Source: Octopus sinensis (taxonomy: Eukaryota). Taken from it: a DNA stretch of 64,000 bases. How positions within the stretch are numbered: the stretch's first letter is position 1; each line of letters begins with the position of its first letter. A program made the translations under genes and the position numbers. Positions 49,325 through 63,151 of this stretch are shown in pieces. The notes below the pieces were generated by a model that worked only from the letters and a program-made list of their open reading frames with translations, did no database searches and was not told the origin of the DNA. The stretch is from NCBI RefSeq assembly GCF_006345805.1, contig NC_042999.1, positions 113,336,001-113,400,000 on the forward strand, given 5' to 3'.

Positions 49325-49510
49325 TAAGGCCTGAAATTTTAGGAGAGGAGCTAGTCGATTAAGTCGGACCCCAGTGCTGAACTGGTCCTTTTTTGTATCG
49401 ATCCTGAAAGGATAAAAGCAAAGTTGACCTCGGCAAAAGTTGAACTCAAAACGTAAAGCTGGAAGAAAGTATTTTGTATGACGTGTTATCGATTCAGCCA
49501 GCTCGGCGTT
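49325..49510 (-). mobile_element. SINE family B
   Basis: AAAGCAAAGTTGACCTCGGC..TTGAACTCAAAACG..CAGCCAGCTCGGC. Confidence 0.8.
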
Positions 49511-50470
49511 TTGTGATTGTGGTATAATAATGATGATGATGATCAGTGCAGGCATACCAGGTTATTAAGAAATTGTCTTTACAATCATGAGATCATACGA
49601 TTCCATTGTGGTATCTTGCGAAAATGCGTTGTATCATATCTTCGATTTTACCAAAGCTTGTGATTGAAGTTATATGGATGGAAACTGTGCGGAAGTCCGT
49701 CAGATGGTTAGTATCTATAATTCAAATAGATACCGTTGTCACACACGGAGTCATATTGGTTTTGTCTGCAGATTTCAGAAAGGGCTGTTAGAGGAATAAT
49801 GCATAGATACTTCTATTGAGAGGACAACTGAAATATTCATTGGCAAGATATTCGCTTAGCTTTACTAAATCTCGCAGTTATAATGGGAATTTCGAAAGAA
49901 TCTCGAAAGAGAAAGCAATTAACTAATGAACAAACAGATACATAATGTGGCTTTGATGCAGTTTATGGTATCACATAGGACTTATGTTAAGCTGATTGTA
50001 ACATATGAACTTTTTCTTGATTTCTATCAAGTATGAATATGGATCTCCTGTATCACTAATAAATTCATATACATTCCAGCGAAGGTGATTCTACATGGTC
50101 GGTCTACTTGCTAGAAAAATCAACCAAACTACTCTCAAATCAGGCCCCACCTTTTTGAATAAGGAAAGGACACCTTCGATGATCTAGTCACAGATACACT
50201 CCTAAAAATACTGATTAGTCACTGCTGGAACACCCTTTGATTATAGATCTGTTCGAATAGAGTCAACCCGAACCTAAATGTTAATATATTTCTGAATTTA
50301 AAATAGTGTAAGCAACTACTGAATCTGGACTCAAACTTGGAATATTTGGTATCCATTGTCCTAATTAAAGTGTTCATAAATATTTCACAACTAATCATGA
50401 AATAGACACAGTGTACATTTAAAAAGCCTGGCCTGCGACACAGATTTTGGTTCTTGACTGTAGCACTTAC

Positions 50471-50522
50471 GCCATAATGTGCGCAGAAGAAACACAAGCA
50501 TTGTGCCATATTTTTACTGCGC
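50471..50522 (-). other. Candidate 52-nt spliced exon of an unidentified host gene
   Basis: Acceptor ttaatcatctttgtctttAG|GCGCAG and donor ATGGC|GTAAGT; two open frames (AVKIWHNACVSSAHIM or RSKNMAQCLCFFCAHYG). Confidence 0.3.
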
Positions 50523-51459
50523 CTAAAGACAAAGATGATTAACTAAGGGTAGAAAACAATAACCATACAACTCTAGTGAATGAGGACAAATAAATGTCCT
50601 TAATTTACAATGCCATAAATTACAATGAGAACACACATTTTTAGATGATAATATATAAATTAATAATCGCATCGATTATCAATCACTTTTTGTCTTTAAA
50701 TTATTGGGAATGCAGTGTCTCCGAGACTTGTGAAAAGGTGAGAAAGTATCCTCAAACCGGTGACCTGGTTGAATGCTCGCAACAGAATGTGCTCTGCTGA
50801 AGGCAGCCACGTAGCCAGGTGGTTGTGAAAATGGATTAAGGTTACTACACATGTAAACCAAGATGTGATATGTAGCCAAGACGCAACGTACCGAATAAAA
50901 ACTGGAAAGTTTCCGGTTCGAAATTTTTACAGTTCTACCAACCCACCATGCAGAATTAGTACTTACTTGTTGACCTTGAAAAGAAAAGGCTGACAACGGT
51001 GGGATTTGAACTCAGAGCGCACAATTGGAACAAATATTTTGAAGAATTCCGCCAATTTGTTGCCAAGGGGACAAGAGTAGAATCTTTATTAAAAGTTTGA
51101 ATGGGGAAATACAGTAACTAGTGTGGAGCATTTAATCTGGCGCGCTGTAATTTCTGTCAGTGTATTTCCTTAATAATTGCTTATAACCTAGGTTAGAAAG
51201 AAGGAGGACAGAGGCAGAGAAAAAGAAAGAGTTAGTTTAAACTTTATCCTAGGTGAAGGGGGTTGGTCCTGTTATTGTTAGTGTCATTGTTGCTCTTGCT
51301 TGTCATGGTACTGCTGCCGTAGTCATAATCACTGCTGCAGCTGCAGTTGTTTATACTATTATTGCTGCTGCTATTGCTACTGTTGTTGGTGTTGCTGCTC
51401 CTACTGTTGTTAGTGTTGGATCTTGCCATTGCTGTTGGGGTTGTAGTGTTGGGCAGTAG

Positions 51460-52060
51460 TGAAGACCTCCTCTTCCCTATATTTGTAGCGGACAGAAAGT
51501 TCTTAAGTGATTTTCGGCACCACACAAGTAGCATTTCTACCTTCAACTTCCAACTGCAACAGGCATCTACACTTTATTGGGACAAGTGAACAATATCCGG
51601 GATATTTTTCACATTCTCCGGTTTGATCAGAAGGAAAATTTCTAATGTATTCCCACCCAAAATTTCCCTCAGTTTGTTTTACGGAGGGACAGGTGTTGCT
51701 GCCCTCTAAAATAATACAGGCCAAGATCCACCAGATATGAAGCCCCTGTGGAATTTTCTACCACCATGCAAGACGGCGTCGTTTTTGAAAAGGACCTTCA
51801 TGCTCCTCAACCGCTTTGTCCTAGTCACATGTTTCATATCTCCCCATTTACATTTGAGGGCTCTTTCCACCTAGGTATGTGCTTCTGGGTCTATGCATCG
51901 GGATTTTGCAGACACAACAGTATTATCCTGGCAGTTGCTGCCAAAATCTCATTCACTCTTACAAGTTGCGCTGCCTGTGTTAGATGTGCCCCGTTCTTGT
52001 TTTGTGGACTTCATCGCCATACCAGAAAAAGATTACCTACATGTGGAGTTGCCTCACCAC
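51460..52060 (-). mobile_element. Possible L1/Tx1 ORF1 (gag-like) remnant between degenerate (TGC/TGT)n tracts
   Basis: VERALKCKWGDMKHVTR...G.RKF, then EG..TC.S.KQT, weakly resembling the YEGQ..TC..C...GH knuckle region. Confidence 0.35.
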
Positions 52061-52631
52061 TGTCTTTAATACTGTTGTTGTTGTTGCTGCTGCTGCTGCT
52101 GCAGCTGCTTAAACTGCTGCTGTTATTGCTTTTGTTGTTTTTGCTGTTGATGTTATCGCTATAGTTGATGCTGTCTTTGTTGTTATTGATACTGCCACAG
52201 CTGTTGATGTGATTTCTGCTGTCACTGTTGTTGTTGTTGTTACTGATGTTGCTGCTGCTGCTGCTGCTGTTGCTGTGACGACTGCTGTAGTAGCTGTTCT
52301 CATATTCCTCTGCTTTCTTTTTCCGGCAATGTTATCGATGGCAGTCAGGCTAGTAATGTTTGAGCTGAGGTAAGAGGTATCGCCGCTATTCACTGTCATA
52401 GTCAGAGGAATTATTTCCTCTCCTATGATTCCATGCACTTTAGTGGACGAGCGTTCCGGTGTCACTATGATTTTGAACACTAAAATTTACGACTTAGTGT
52501 TATTTTTGTTGTAAGAGCAATTTCCCTTAGAGCCAACACCTACGGTTCCCTGTTCACATATTTTCAACAAAAACATCTAACCTTTTACGAGCCGCAGTAG
52601 AGCACATTCAACAACAAATAATAATAATAAT

Positions 52632-53184
52632 GCCCTGATGCAGTACCAGGCAGTGGCTCTCATGGCTTCTGATCTTAACTGATTGGAAGTGTTATCATGT
52701 ACATTGTTTTGTCTTGGTATAAAAGATGGGCTACAGCAAATATTCTGCTCAATACCACAGATTTGTTTGTCAGTTGCTTGACCTTAACCAGTTGAGCATG
52801 TCCCTTAGTGGCTGACGATATGTGCATCTCTGATCACGAGCAGAAGTAGTGGGGGAGCATCATAGTCATGTGTTGAGAGGGTTTCTTTGGGGTTTGAATA
52901 ATTCACCTCTGGAAACATGGGTGTTTTTTTCAACATCCTTAAACAACCCTTATTCAGGGACCGTTTGAGCGGGATGGCTACTCAACCTGAAGAAAATTCT
53001 AACTGGGCCCCACCTGTAAGGTCATGTGCTGTTTATCTTGATATGAGATCACCATGTCGCGCACATATGGTTGTGATGCATGTGCCTGGTGTACCTTTAT
53101 CAGACGGGTAGTCATGATGGGTATATTGGGCTTCGTATATTTTACCCCAGTGTCACTTTGATGGCATGAACTGCTCTCTCACTC
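52632..53184. mobile_element. ~550-bp (AAT)n-flanked dispersed repeat (copy 2)
   Basis: Colinear with 987-1527; (AAT)n on the left (~52618-52631) and right (53185-53260). Confidence 0.88.
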
Positions 53185-53240
<56 letters not shown>

Positions 53241-53274
53241 CAACAACAACAATAATAATAATCTTTCTACTTTA

Positions 53275-53475
53275 GGTATTAGGTTTGACATTTTTTGGGG
53301 AAGGAGCTTGTCGAATACATCGACCCCAGAGCGAAACTGGTACTTTTTTATCGATCCAGAAAGAATGAAAGGCAAAGTCGACCTCGGGAAAAATTTGAGC
53401 TTAGAACGTTAAGTCGGAAAAAATGCAATTCTGACAACATGTTTTGTCGGTGCAGTAATGTTTCTATCAGCTCGT
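53275..53475 (-). mobile_element. SINE family B
   Basis: AATGAAAGGCAAAGTCGACCTCGG..TTTGAGCTTAGAACG. Confidence 0.8.
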
Positions 53476-53479
53476 AAGC

Positions 53480-53547
53480 CTAATAACAACAACAACAACA
53501 ACAACAACAGCAACAACAACAACAACAACAACAACAATAATAACAAC

Positions 53548-53602
<55 letters not shown>
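53480..53602. repeat. (AAC)n/(AAT)n microsatellite
   Basis: Direct reading. Confidence 0.97.
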
Positions 53603-53605
<3 letters not shown>

Positions 53606-53916
53606 CTGAGACAATTTCCTGGGTGGGGTGCAATCGATTGAATCCTTTACGGTGCTCGATTAATACTTATTTGATAAACCCCAATAAAATATATCGCTAT
53701 TCGCAAATTAAGCAAATTATGGTGTTGACTTTAAAAGAGAAAGCTAAACATTGCAGAATGTTGCACTCGAAATAAATAAAGAACAGATTACATACAAATC
53801 CTACTTGACATGATCACCATATAAAATAAATGCTTTCCTTCTTTCTTTCTCTTTTTTTTCATTTCCCTTTTCTTTTTCTTGTAAATCTTGCTGTTATTAT
53901 CATAATGCTATCGTAA

Positions 53917-54017
<101 letters not shown>

Positions 54018-54195
54018 ATGATATATCATGATAAAATATATGCTCCGATTGTTTACAAATATTATATATATATGCATATATATATTATATATATATATAT
54101 ATATAATATAATATATATATATATATATATACACATAATGATATATCATGATAAAATATATGCTCCGATTTGTTTACAAATATTATATATATATA

Positions 54196-54232
<37 letters not shown>

Positions 54233-54299
54233 ATATAATATATGTATATATGTATATATAGCATACTTCTATATATGTATACATATATATACATATGTA

Positions 54300-54468
54300 G
54301 AGAGAGGAGTGGCTGTGTGGTAAATAACTTGCCTACCAACCACATGGTTCCGGGTTCAGTCCCACTGCGTGGCACCTTGGGCAAGTGTCTTCTACTATAG
54401 CCTCGGGCCGACCAAAGCCTTGTGAGTGGATTTGGTAGACGGAAACTGAAAGAAGCCCGTCGTATGTT

Positions 54469-54544
<76 letters not shown>

Positions 54545-54780
54545 GGGTGTGTGTGTGCGTGTATGTTTGTGTTCTGTGTCTGTCCCCCTAGCATTGCTTG
54601 ACAACCGATGCTGGTGTGTTTATGTCCCCGTCACTTAGCGGTTCGGCAAAAAGAGACCGTAAGAATAAGTACTGGGCTTACAAAGAATAAGTCCCGGGGT
54701 CGAGTTGCTCGACTAAAGGCGCTGCTCCAGCATGGCCGTAGACAAATGACTGAAACATGTAAAAGAGTAAAAGAGTAAAA
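54300..54780 (+). mobile_element. SINE family A (well preserved, expanded internal TA)
   Basis: GGAGTGGCTGTGTGGTAA, GGTTCCGGGTTCAGTCCC, GGCACCTTGGGCAAGTGTCTT, tail CCAGCATGGCC..GTAAAAGAGTAAAAGAGTAAAA. Confidence 0.92.
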
Positions 54781-54805
54781 GATATATATATATATGTATA
54801 TATAT

Positions 54806-54908
<103 letters not shown>

Positions 54909-54919
54909 TAGATAGAGAT

Positions 54920-55824
54920 GTTTCTTTATTGCCACACAGGGCTGCCACAGATAGAACAAATTACAAGGTAGAGCTTTTCTTTTGAAGGTTTCCAAAAAAA
55001 AAAAAAATAATAATAATAAATAACAATAAAATAAAATAAAAAAGGGGGGTCGATCAAAAGGGATCGTAAAAGGAGAGAAAGAGGACAAAAAAAGGGGGTG
55101 TAAAAAAAAAAATTAAAAAAAAAAAAAAAAAGGGGGAGAGAAAAAAAATTGATCAATAGGGATCGTTATCACAAAATGTCAATATGAAGTGTAAGGGGAG
55201 GACAGGTGAGGTTTACCGTGGAAAGAAAAGCCTACGGAAAAGACCACGGTAACCTCGTCAATGAAGTCACATGTTATATTTCTTTTTTTTTTTTTTTTTT
55301 GCAAATAAGCAACTCTCTGTATTAATTTTTACGGTTCATAGAATCATAGTCAAGGTGGCTTCGTCATTCATACGTGCCATCCTTGCTACATTCACCCTCT
55401 TTTTTTAAAACATTCACTAGACAAACTTGCCTCTCTACTCTCACTTTTTTCTTCAAGTGATACTTGAAGAAGTTGATGAGAGATTGACCAGAGAGGAAAG
55501 TGTTGTCTCTAATCCTTTCAGACGCGTCCACCAGATACATTCTTTCGCCATAGCCACAAGTATGATAAAAATAGCTCTTCCTTCCCGTTTGAAGGAAGGA
55601 GCGTGACGATATTAACGATAGACTCGGCTGATAAACCGACACGTCCCACACGTGACAGCAGTCGTTCGACATAAGCCCACAGGTGGGAAATTGCTGGACA
55701 CTGCACGATGCGTGCAGAGCGGTTCGTCGCTCTGCCCGCATCTCGGCAGGTCGGCCCCGTGTTTCTCGAGCCATGCCTATAGAGCTTATTAAAAAGACTT
55801 TCCCAAGACTTTCCTATCTTTCAA
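54920..55824 (-). mobile_element. 5'-truncated L1/Tx1-like LINE (C-terminal zinc-binding region plus 3' UTR) between two (GATA)n tracts
   Basis: GPTC.......VQCPAISHLWAYVERLLSRVGRVGLSAESIV; FLSGQSLINFFKYHLKKKVRVERQV; AATAAA at the 3' end followed by (ATCT)n. Confidence 0.75.
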
Positions 55825-55891
55825 GATAGATAGATAGATATAGATAGATAGATAGATAGATGGATATGCATATATATCAAGATGCATGTAT

Positions 55892-55982
<91 letters not shown>

Positions 55983-56256
55983 GTACATATATGCGTGTAT
56001 GTATGTGTATGTGTGTGATATGGTGTGTGTGTGTGTGTGTGTGATATATGCTACACATACACACATATATACCTACATACATACAAACATACATACATAC
56101 ATACTTACTGGATCTTCCGTCGGTTACGACGTTGTGCATTCCGCTGTTTCATCAACAACACTACCTACTCGTTAAATTAACATGAAAAGTGGATAAGGCT
56201 AAATGTACTGTATTCTTAAAGTAATTCACATGCTGGATCAATACTTGGCAAATCTA

Positions 56257-57005
56257 AGGCGGTGAGTTGGCAGAAACGTTAGCACGCCGGGCGAAATGCT
56301 TAGCGATATTTCGTCTGCCGTTACGTTCTGAGTTCAAATTCCGCCGAGGTCGACTTTGCCTTTCATCCTTTCGGGGTCGATTAAATAAGTACTATTTACG
56401 CACTGGGGTCGATATAATCGACTTAATCCGTTTGTCTGTCCTTGTTTGTCCTCTCTGTGTTTAGCCCCTTGTGGGTAGTAAAGAAATTGATATTTCGTCT
56501 GCTGCTACGTTCTGAGTTCAAATTCCGCCGAGGTCGACTTTGCCTTTCATCCTTTCGGGGTCGATTAAATAAGTACCAGTTGTGCACTGGGGTCGATATA
56601 ATCGACTTAATCCGTTTGTCTGTCCTTGTTTGTCCTCTCTGTGTTTAGCTCCTTGTGGGTAGTAAAGAAATAGATATTTCGTCTGCCATTACGTTCTGAG
56701 TTCAAATTCCGACGAGGTCGTCTTTGCCTTTCATCCTTGGGGGGTGGGGGGAATAAATTAAGTACCAGTTACGCACTGGGGTCGATATAATCGACTTAAT
56801 CCGTCTGTATGTCCTTGTGTGTCTCCTCTGTGGGTAGTAAAGAAATAGGTATTTTGTCTGTCTTCATCTTATGAGTTCAAATTACGCTCGATTTTGCCTT
56901 TCATCCTTTCTGGGTCAATAAATTAAGCACCAGTTGCGTACTGGGGTCGATCTAATCGACTGCCCCCTCCCCCCAAATTTCGGGCCTTGTGTCTAGTGTA
57001 GAAAA
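56257..57005 (+). mobile_element. SINE family B with four tandem body units
   Basis: One head (56257-56304); units start at ~56305, 56489, 56673 and 56848 (periods 184, 184, 175). Confidence 0.92.
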
Positions 57006-57318
57006 AAATACGTGGCGAATCTGGACTTTTGAATTACACGTCACAGTCAGTTCATCATGTTTCGACATTTTGCGTCATTCCAGTTACATTTACACTGCGT
57101 TGGTCGACCCGTGGTGGTAAAAAAAATCACTTGCGCAATATGCTTTGTGGTATAATCGAACTGAAGACTTCATGGTTGTTAAACGAAATTTTTAACTACA
57201 GGAGCATACCTCACCCACCTCGCGCACACACGTACATAATACAGACAGACACGCGCACATATGCTTATATGTAGATCTATCTCTCTCTATTATATATAAT
57301 ATAAAATATTATATATAT

Positions 57319-57355
<37 letters not shown>

Positions 57356-57573
57356 GCGTGTGTGTGTGTTTGTGTTTACACACACATGCACACACACATA
57401 CACGCACGTATACTCATATATTTATATATGTAAATATATGTATATGCGTCTATATATGTACATAATACACATACACATACACGCACCACACACCCACATA
57501 TATCCATAAACATACGCGCACATGTATGGAGTTATGTTTATATGTATGTATGTTATATATATATAATATAATA

Positions 57574-57610
<37 letters not shown>

Positions 57611-59239
57611 CATGCACGCAAATAAATACACATGAATACATTAGTTGTACATTAATTCATTCATACATGCCTACATACATACCATACATACATACATACA
57701 TACATACATACATACATACATACATACATACATAGCTTCTATAATTCCAGGAACTTTTTTTTCACAGAAAATTACATATTACATCGACTATAAATTAAAG
57801 TAACTTCCGAAAAGGGAAAAACAAGAGCAACAGCACCACCACCACCACCACCACCACCACCACCACCACCATTACTACTGCAATTATCTACTACTACTAC
57901 TACTACTACTAAAAACAAAACATGGATCCTACTAAATTATCTCCTTATTTAGCAAGAGAAAAAAAAATCTCGTTATTTCGAGATTTTGGAAAAAAAAATG
58001 TCAATGAAACAATCAGCTAAGATATGCAAATGCTATTGATTTTTTTTTGTTTTGTTTTTATCTTTTTAAGTGATAAATGAAAGAAAATGTAAAATATTTT
58101 TCGCTTTATTGCTTGTCGTTTGAAGTGTCATCAGATATTTTTGGTTTGTTTTTGTCTTTTTTACTTTTTATTTGTATTTATTTAACACGATATCAACTAT
58201 ATCTACTTTTTCTCTCTTGCCTCTCAGCCTCTCAATCCATCTCATATATCTATTATCATTCACGTCGAAATTCTGTTTCCTTCCAATTGTACTTGGTTTG
58301 TACTGTCAAGTACTAACTAGTATAGTACAGAATTTTTATTTCTTCCCCATCCTTATCTAATTCCCCCCACCTCCTCCTTGTCCTCGCCTTTCCTCTTCTT
58401 CCACCGCTTCATCATCATTATCATCGTCATCGTCGTTATCATTATCCTCAATACCATCATCATTATCATTGCCCGTTCCCATTTTGTGTTTTTGTTTGTT
58501 TTTCATCAACCAATTACATCCACCACTGCTGCGCTGCCACAGTCCCTACTACTACTACTACTACTACTACTACAAAGTTATTTTTATAAGAAAACCAGAG
58601 TTAAACTTGCTTGTTGCTGATCACTGATGATAATAATAACGACGAAATTTCCTCCTCGTTCTTCCTTTTATCAAAACAACAAAACAAGTAAACTATCGTC
58701 TAAAAGATACCCTACATGTTTGATCATTTGCGGTAACACGACAACAGACAGTAGGTGACATTTAGTGGCTGACGATCGTTTTCTATCGTCGCATTGTCAC
58801 ACATATAATCGAATAGAGAAACCACCGATGCCTCGATTAAAAGTGAGATCAACACTAGAAAACAAAATCATGTTGCACACGATATACTAACTTCTGCTGT
58901 AGCTATATAACATATTTAATACTTTATAATTTTTACTACTTATCAGTTTGCAATTTATTTTTTTCTTTCAAATTATATATCTTAAAACTTGTTAACCATT
59001 ATGGAATAGGAATTTTTTGCAGGCTCATTCAACTGGAATTGTGATTTTAGATTGAAGGTAAAAACTATTTCAATTGTAAAAGAATAAACAAGATGACATC
59101 TTATACTTCCTCACGCTCCTGTGAATATTATAATAGGGAACGTATGTCTGTGCTAGAAATCAGCCAGTCAATGCATATATACACAATACATGTGTAAATA
59201 CGTACATCCATACACATCATACATACATAAGCATCAACA

Positions 59240-59480
59240 CAAGAAATGTTCAGAACTGCTGTCAGATGCAAAGATTACAAGCCGGATATCGGTTTTGGAA
59301 CATTGTAGAGATCAGATGTCCTACAGATGTGACTATCTCTTTGAAAATCAAAGAGAAAGATAATAACCATAGACAACTGCTTTTATGTCCATATTGTAAA
59401 TTCACATTTATGCCAATAATAATCGGTGTTCTTAGTTATGTAAGAAAATACCTAAATGATAATCTGAGAAAGCTGGGGTC
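59240..59480 (+). mobile_element. RLE non-LTR fragment
   Basis: KPDI.FWNIVEIRCPTDVTISLKIKEKDNN...FTFMPIIIGVLSYV...NLRKLG. Confidence 0.7.
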
Positions 59481-59814
59481 TTCAGTAAAAAAAAAATGAA
59501 TCAACATTATAAATACAGTAAAATTATGTAGACATTTCTCAAGTTTAAAATGTGAATTTTTGTTATCTACACTCCAAAGACGGAACTTTGCATCTTTGTT
59601 AGAAACCAGGCCCCTTTTTATAGGAAGATTTCAAATATATATATATGTACATATGTGTATATGTATGTATATAATACAAAGTGAATGCATTTATTAAAAG
59701 AAAATACAAGAATTTACAAAACTAGTCTTCTTTCCTGCTCTATAAAATTTATCGAGAACATATTTATACTCAGATATATATGTGTGTGCGCGAATGTGTC
59801 TGCGTGTATGTGTA

Positions 59815-59889
<75 letters not shown>

Positions 59890-60097
59890 AAGGTGGTGGA
59901 GAGATCATGTGTATGTATAATATATTTTATTTTGATTGTGTCAATGGTTTGCTACTCCGAGTGTTACCTGTAAGCGCACAGGATCTTCAGGCAAGTTATG
60001 ATAGGCACTTTATGCAATAACTATACACGACAGGTGAAAATCGAAGCAGTATGACACTGACACAACCAAAATAACATTTATTATTAATAGCCGCTAA

Positions 60098-60295
60098 GAA
60101 GGCGATGAGCCGGCAGGATTATTAGCACACCGAGCAACATTTCGCCTGTTTTTGCCTTCTGAGTTCAAATTTCACCGAGGTCGATTCTAACCTTTTATCC
60201 TTTCAGAGTCAATAAAATAGATACCAGTTGATCACTGAGCTCGGCGTAATCGATTAGATCCCTCCACAAAAATTTCTGGCCTTGTGTCTATTGTA
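60098..60295 (+). mobile_element. SINE family B
   Basis: AAGGCGATGAGCCGGCAG..TTAGCACACCG..GAGTTCAAATTTCACCGAGGTCGA..GGCCTTGTGTCTA. Confidence 0.8.
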
Positions 60296-60691
60296 GGGAG
60301 GATTATTAATCTCTACTATATTACTGACCGTTTTTTTACCAACAGTCAGCACCGTACATACACGCATACATGTATGCAGGCATACATACATACTTGCATG
60401 CATACATACATATACCATCTTCAAACCTACAGGCCTATGAAACTTCGGATTATCCAGATGTTCTGAGATTACATGATTCCCTACCCAATCCCTGAACAGG
60501 TGCGAGTCAATCGCAGACTTAACCTCAAAATGCCACTGTTACTTATTTTCACTTTTCTATATCGGGTCTACGTGTAACGAAGTGCTTCGGGCAAACTTAC
60601 AAGTGTCATTCGTCCGAAAATTGAACCCACAAACTAGCCTCTTAACCACAAGACTTCACACACACACACACAAATATATATTATATATATA

Positions 60692-60738
<47 letters not shown>

Positions 60739-60742
60739 TATA

Positions 60743-60790
<48 letters not shown>

Positions 60791-61864
60791 TTGTATGCTT
60801 GTGGCCATGTCGATGTTAGATACATATGTGGTTTGCTATACAAATTTTACTTTATCTACAAACAAGATATTTTTCACAGAGGTCTCATTAATTATTATTG
60901 CAACAATATCTATAAGAAGAAAATAGGACAAATTTGCTTGAAGGTTATCGAAAATTATGGTTTTTGCTTATACGGACTTTTAAGATTATAAGCTATCGAA
61001 TAATTTGGAGAGAAGCACATCACAGATTAAGGAATAGGGCGTTGTTAAGAGCAAATCCTTTCCTTTATAAGTCGTCATTAGTTCCAGAAAATACTGAGTC
61101 GCTTTAATCGATTATACCTTCCTCATCTCAGCCGTGTACCAATTTTGTAAATCAATATTTAGGTTAAATTATTGTATATCTCGCTCAGATCTCCCAGTAA
61201 GAGGTAATCCTTCGGAATGAAGCTAAGGCAAAGTGTTCTATACGGAGGAAAAGTAAGTCACAGTATGGGCATTACGTATTCACGTGAGAATTACACAGCT
61301 AGGAAGTTCAGTTGAACGAAGGTCACTTGCTCTGAAACGTTGAGGAATTCTTCTTAGTAGTAAAATTTTAAAGGACTCCTCAGAATACTGACTGTAAACA
61401 ATATGGCTTATAAAACACGAAAGTAAAGCTTTATAATGAATCTAATTTAAAGTAATAATTTGAGATGGAAATATTACATTTTAAAAAATAGCCGAGGTGT
61501 TCTAAAACGGTTAACAGAAAGCATATTTAAGAATAGTTGTCTAGTCAATATATCAAACGTTAACGAAACTTATTCATGTATTTAATGGAACTCTAGAATT
61601 CATTGAGATTTTTTTTCTTCTTTCTCCTTTTGAATTCGGTTGGAAAGGTGGTAAAATAAGGCCCATGCCTTTGTAAGATCTGTCATTGTAGTCGATGTTG
61701 TTGATGTTAAGCATAATTCTGTATATTTTTGTTGGTGTATTTTACTAAGTAGTTGGAAGTACATAGATAGTTTTTCTGTAATTCTGTCTATTTGGGCATT
61801 AAATCCTATATCATTACGTTTACAAAACAACAGTAGCTACACGCTGAAGCTTGAAACTGCTAGA

Positions 61865-62900
61865 GATACCTATGTAACCCATAATTTCTTAGTGGATGAC
61901 TTGGATATCTATGCTAAACTTGTTAACAAAGCCAAAAATCTAGCTAGATTTAATAACATGTAATTACTCTAAACAATTGCAGCAAAAAGCGAAGAGAACA
62001 ACATCCTACGAGTCAGCAGTGAACTTCTCGGGAAAATCCTTTCCTGACTATTTTCATACAACCTCAAAACCACTGACTAACATACTTCAAAGATATTGAT
62101 GTGAAACGCTCAGTAATCAAAAAAGTAATACTATACACGGGCATTTCTCCAAGACTTGATGGTTACAGTAATATCAACATGAAGCGCAGCCTCTCTTGGA
62201 CTTGCGACCACGACATCATATTACACTTTGATGCTATTGCATTTGCAATCCAAGGGCTGGAGATTGCTACAAAATACCTAATAAACAAAAGTGACAGTGA
62301 AGTCCCAAGGTGCAATCAAAAATGTCAATTACATCATATTTCTGTAGGAGACATCGCATACGAGTTCAGCAGCTGGCCAAAAAAGTAATCATGGTACTAC
62401 TTTTTTCTAATGCGATGTGATAAGTCGTTAAAACAATATAGAATGCCCCCACTCCATAATAAAAAGACTGACTTCAGATGAATATAGAGACCCCACCCAG
62501 TTGTTGAATATCTACATAATCATCAACTCAAGGAATATTGGTGGAACAGTCACCATTAAAACGTCTCCCAAGTTCAAGCATATCGTTGTTTGGGACAGAA
62601 GAGAAAGAGCATGCACTGTCATGGAGGTCAGCTTCCCTGCAAATGTGAATATGTCTTCGAACGCAAGGAGAAAGAGGATAATCACGGAAAATTTCTTCGA
62701 AACCCTCAATTTCTGTATGATGATCAAATATTCACTTATATACCAATGATATTTGTTGCCCTTCGTTTTGTGAATAAATGCCTAAGTTATAATCTGGGAA
62801 AACTAGGGTTGTTAAAAATAGATCAAACAGCTGACATCTACATTACAAGTACAATCTTTAGGCAAAATAGTAAAAATATACAATACTTTTCTCAAGCTGA
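61865..62900 (+). mobile_element. RLE non-LTR retrotransposon remnant (RT motif, zinc-knuckle region, endonuclease)
   Basis: THNFLVDDLDIYAK; FAIQGLEIATKYLINK; TIKTSPKFKH.IVVWDRRERACTVMEVSFPANVN; EKEDNHGKFLRNPQFLY...YIPMIFVALRFV.KCL..NLGKLG. Confidence 0.7.
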
Positions 62901-63151
62901 ATATATATGGTTTTTGGAGTTTTGTATCTTTGTTAGAAACCAGCAGCTTCTTTTCAGGAAGAATTCAAACAATTAAAAATACAAGAGAACGTACATACAT
63001 AAGTACATACATACATACATACATACATACATACATACATACATACATACATACATACATACATACATACATACATACATACATAAATACCATGATAGCT
63101 CGCTAGCCAATACACATTCTTTATTTTCTCCCTTTGTTTCTTTCTGTGTTC

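Noticed and set aside
51244-52480. N/S/T/A-rich ORFs that could be a low-complexity coding exon
   Set aside because: They derive from degenerate (AGC/AAC)n tracts, contain stops in the Q-rich frame, and lack convincing splice boundaries.
56305-57005. Regularly spaced repeats resembling a CRISPR array
   Set aside because: The units are whole ~184-bp SINE bodies without unique spacers; eukaryotic context and no cas genes.
61190-61345. Plus-strand AG..GTAAGT candidate exon and nearby GAAGGTCACTTGCTCTGAAACGTT hammerhead-like string
   Set aside because: All three frames from the best acceptor contain stops; the ribozyme-like string lacks CUGANGA and a paired stem II.
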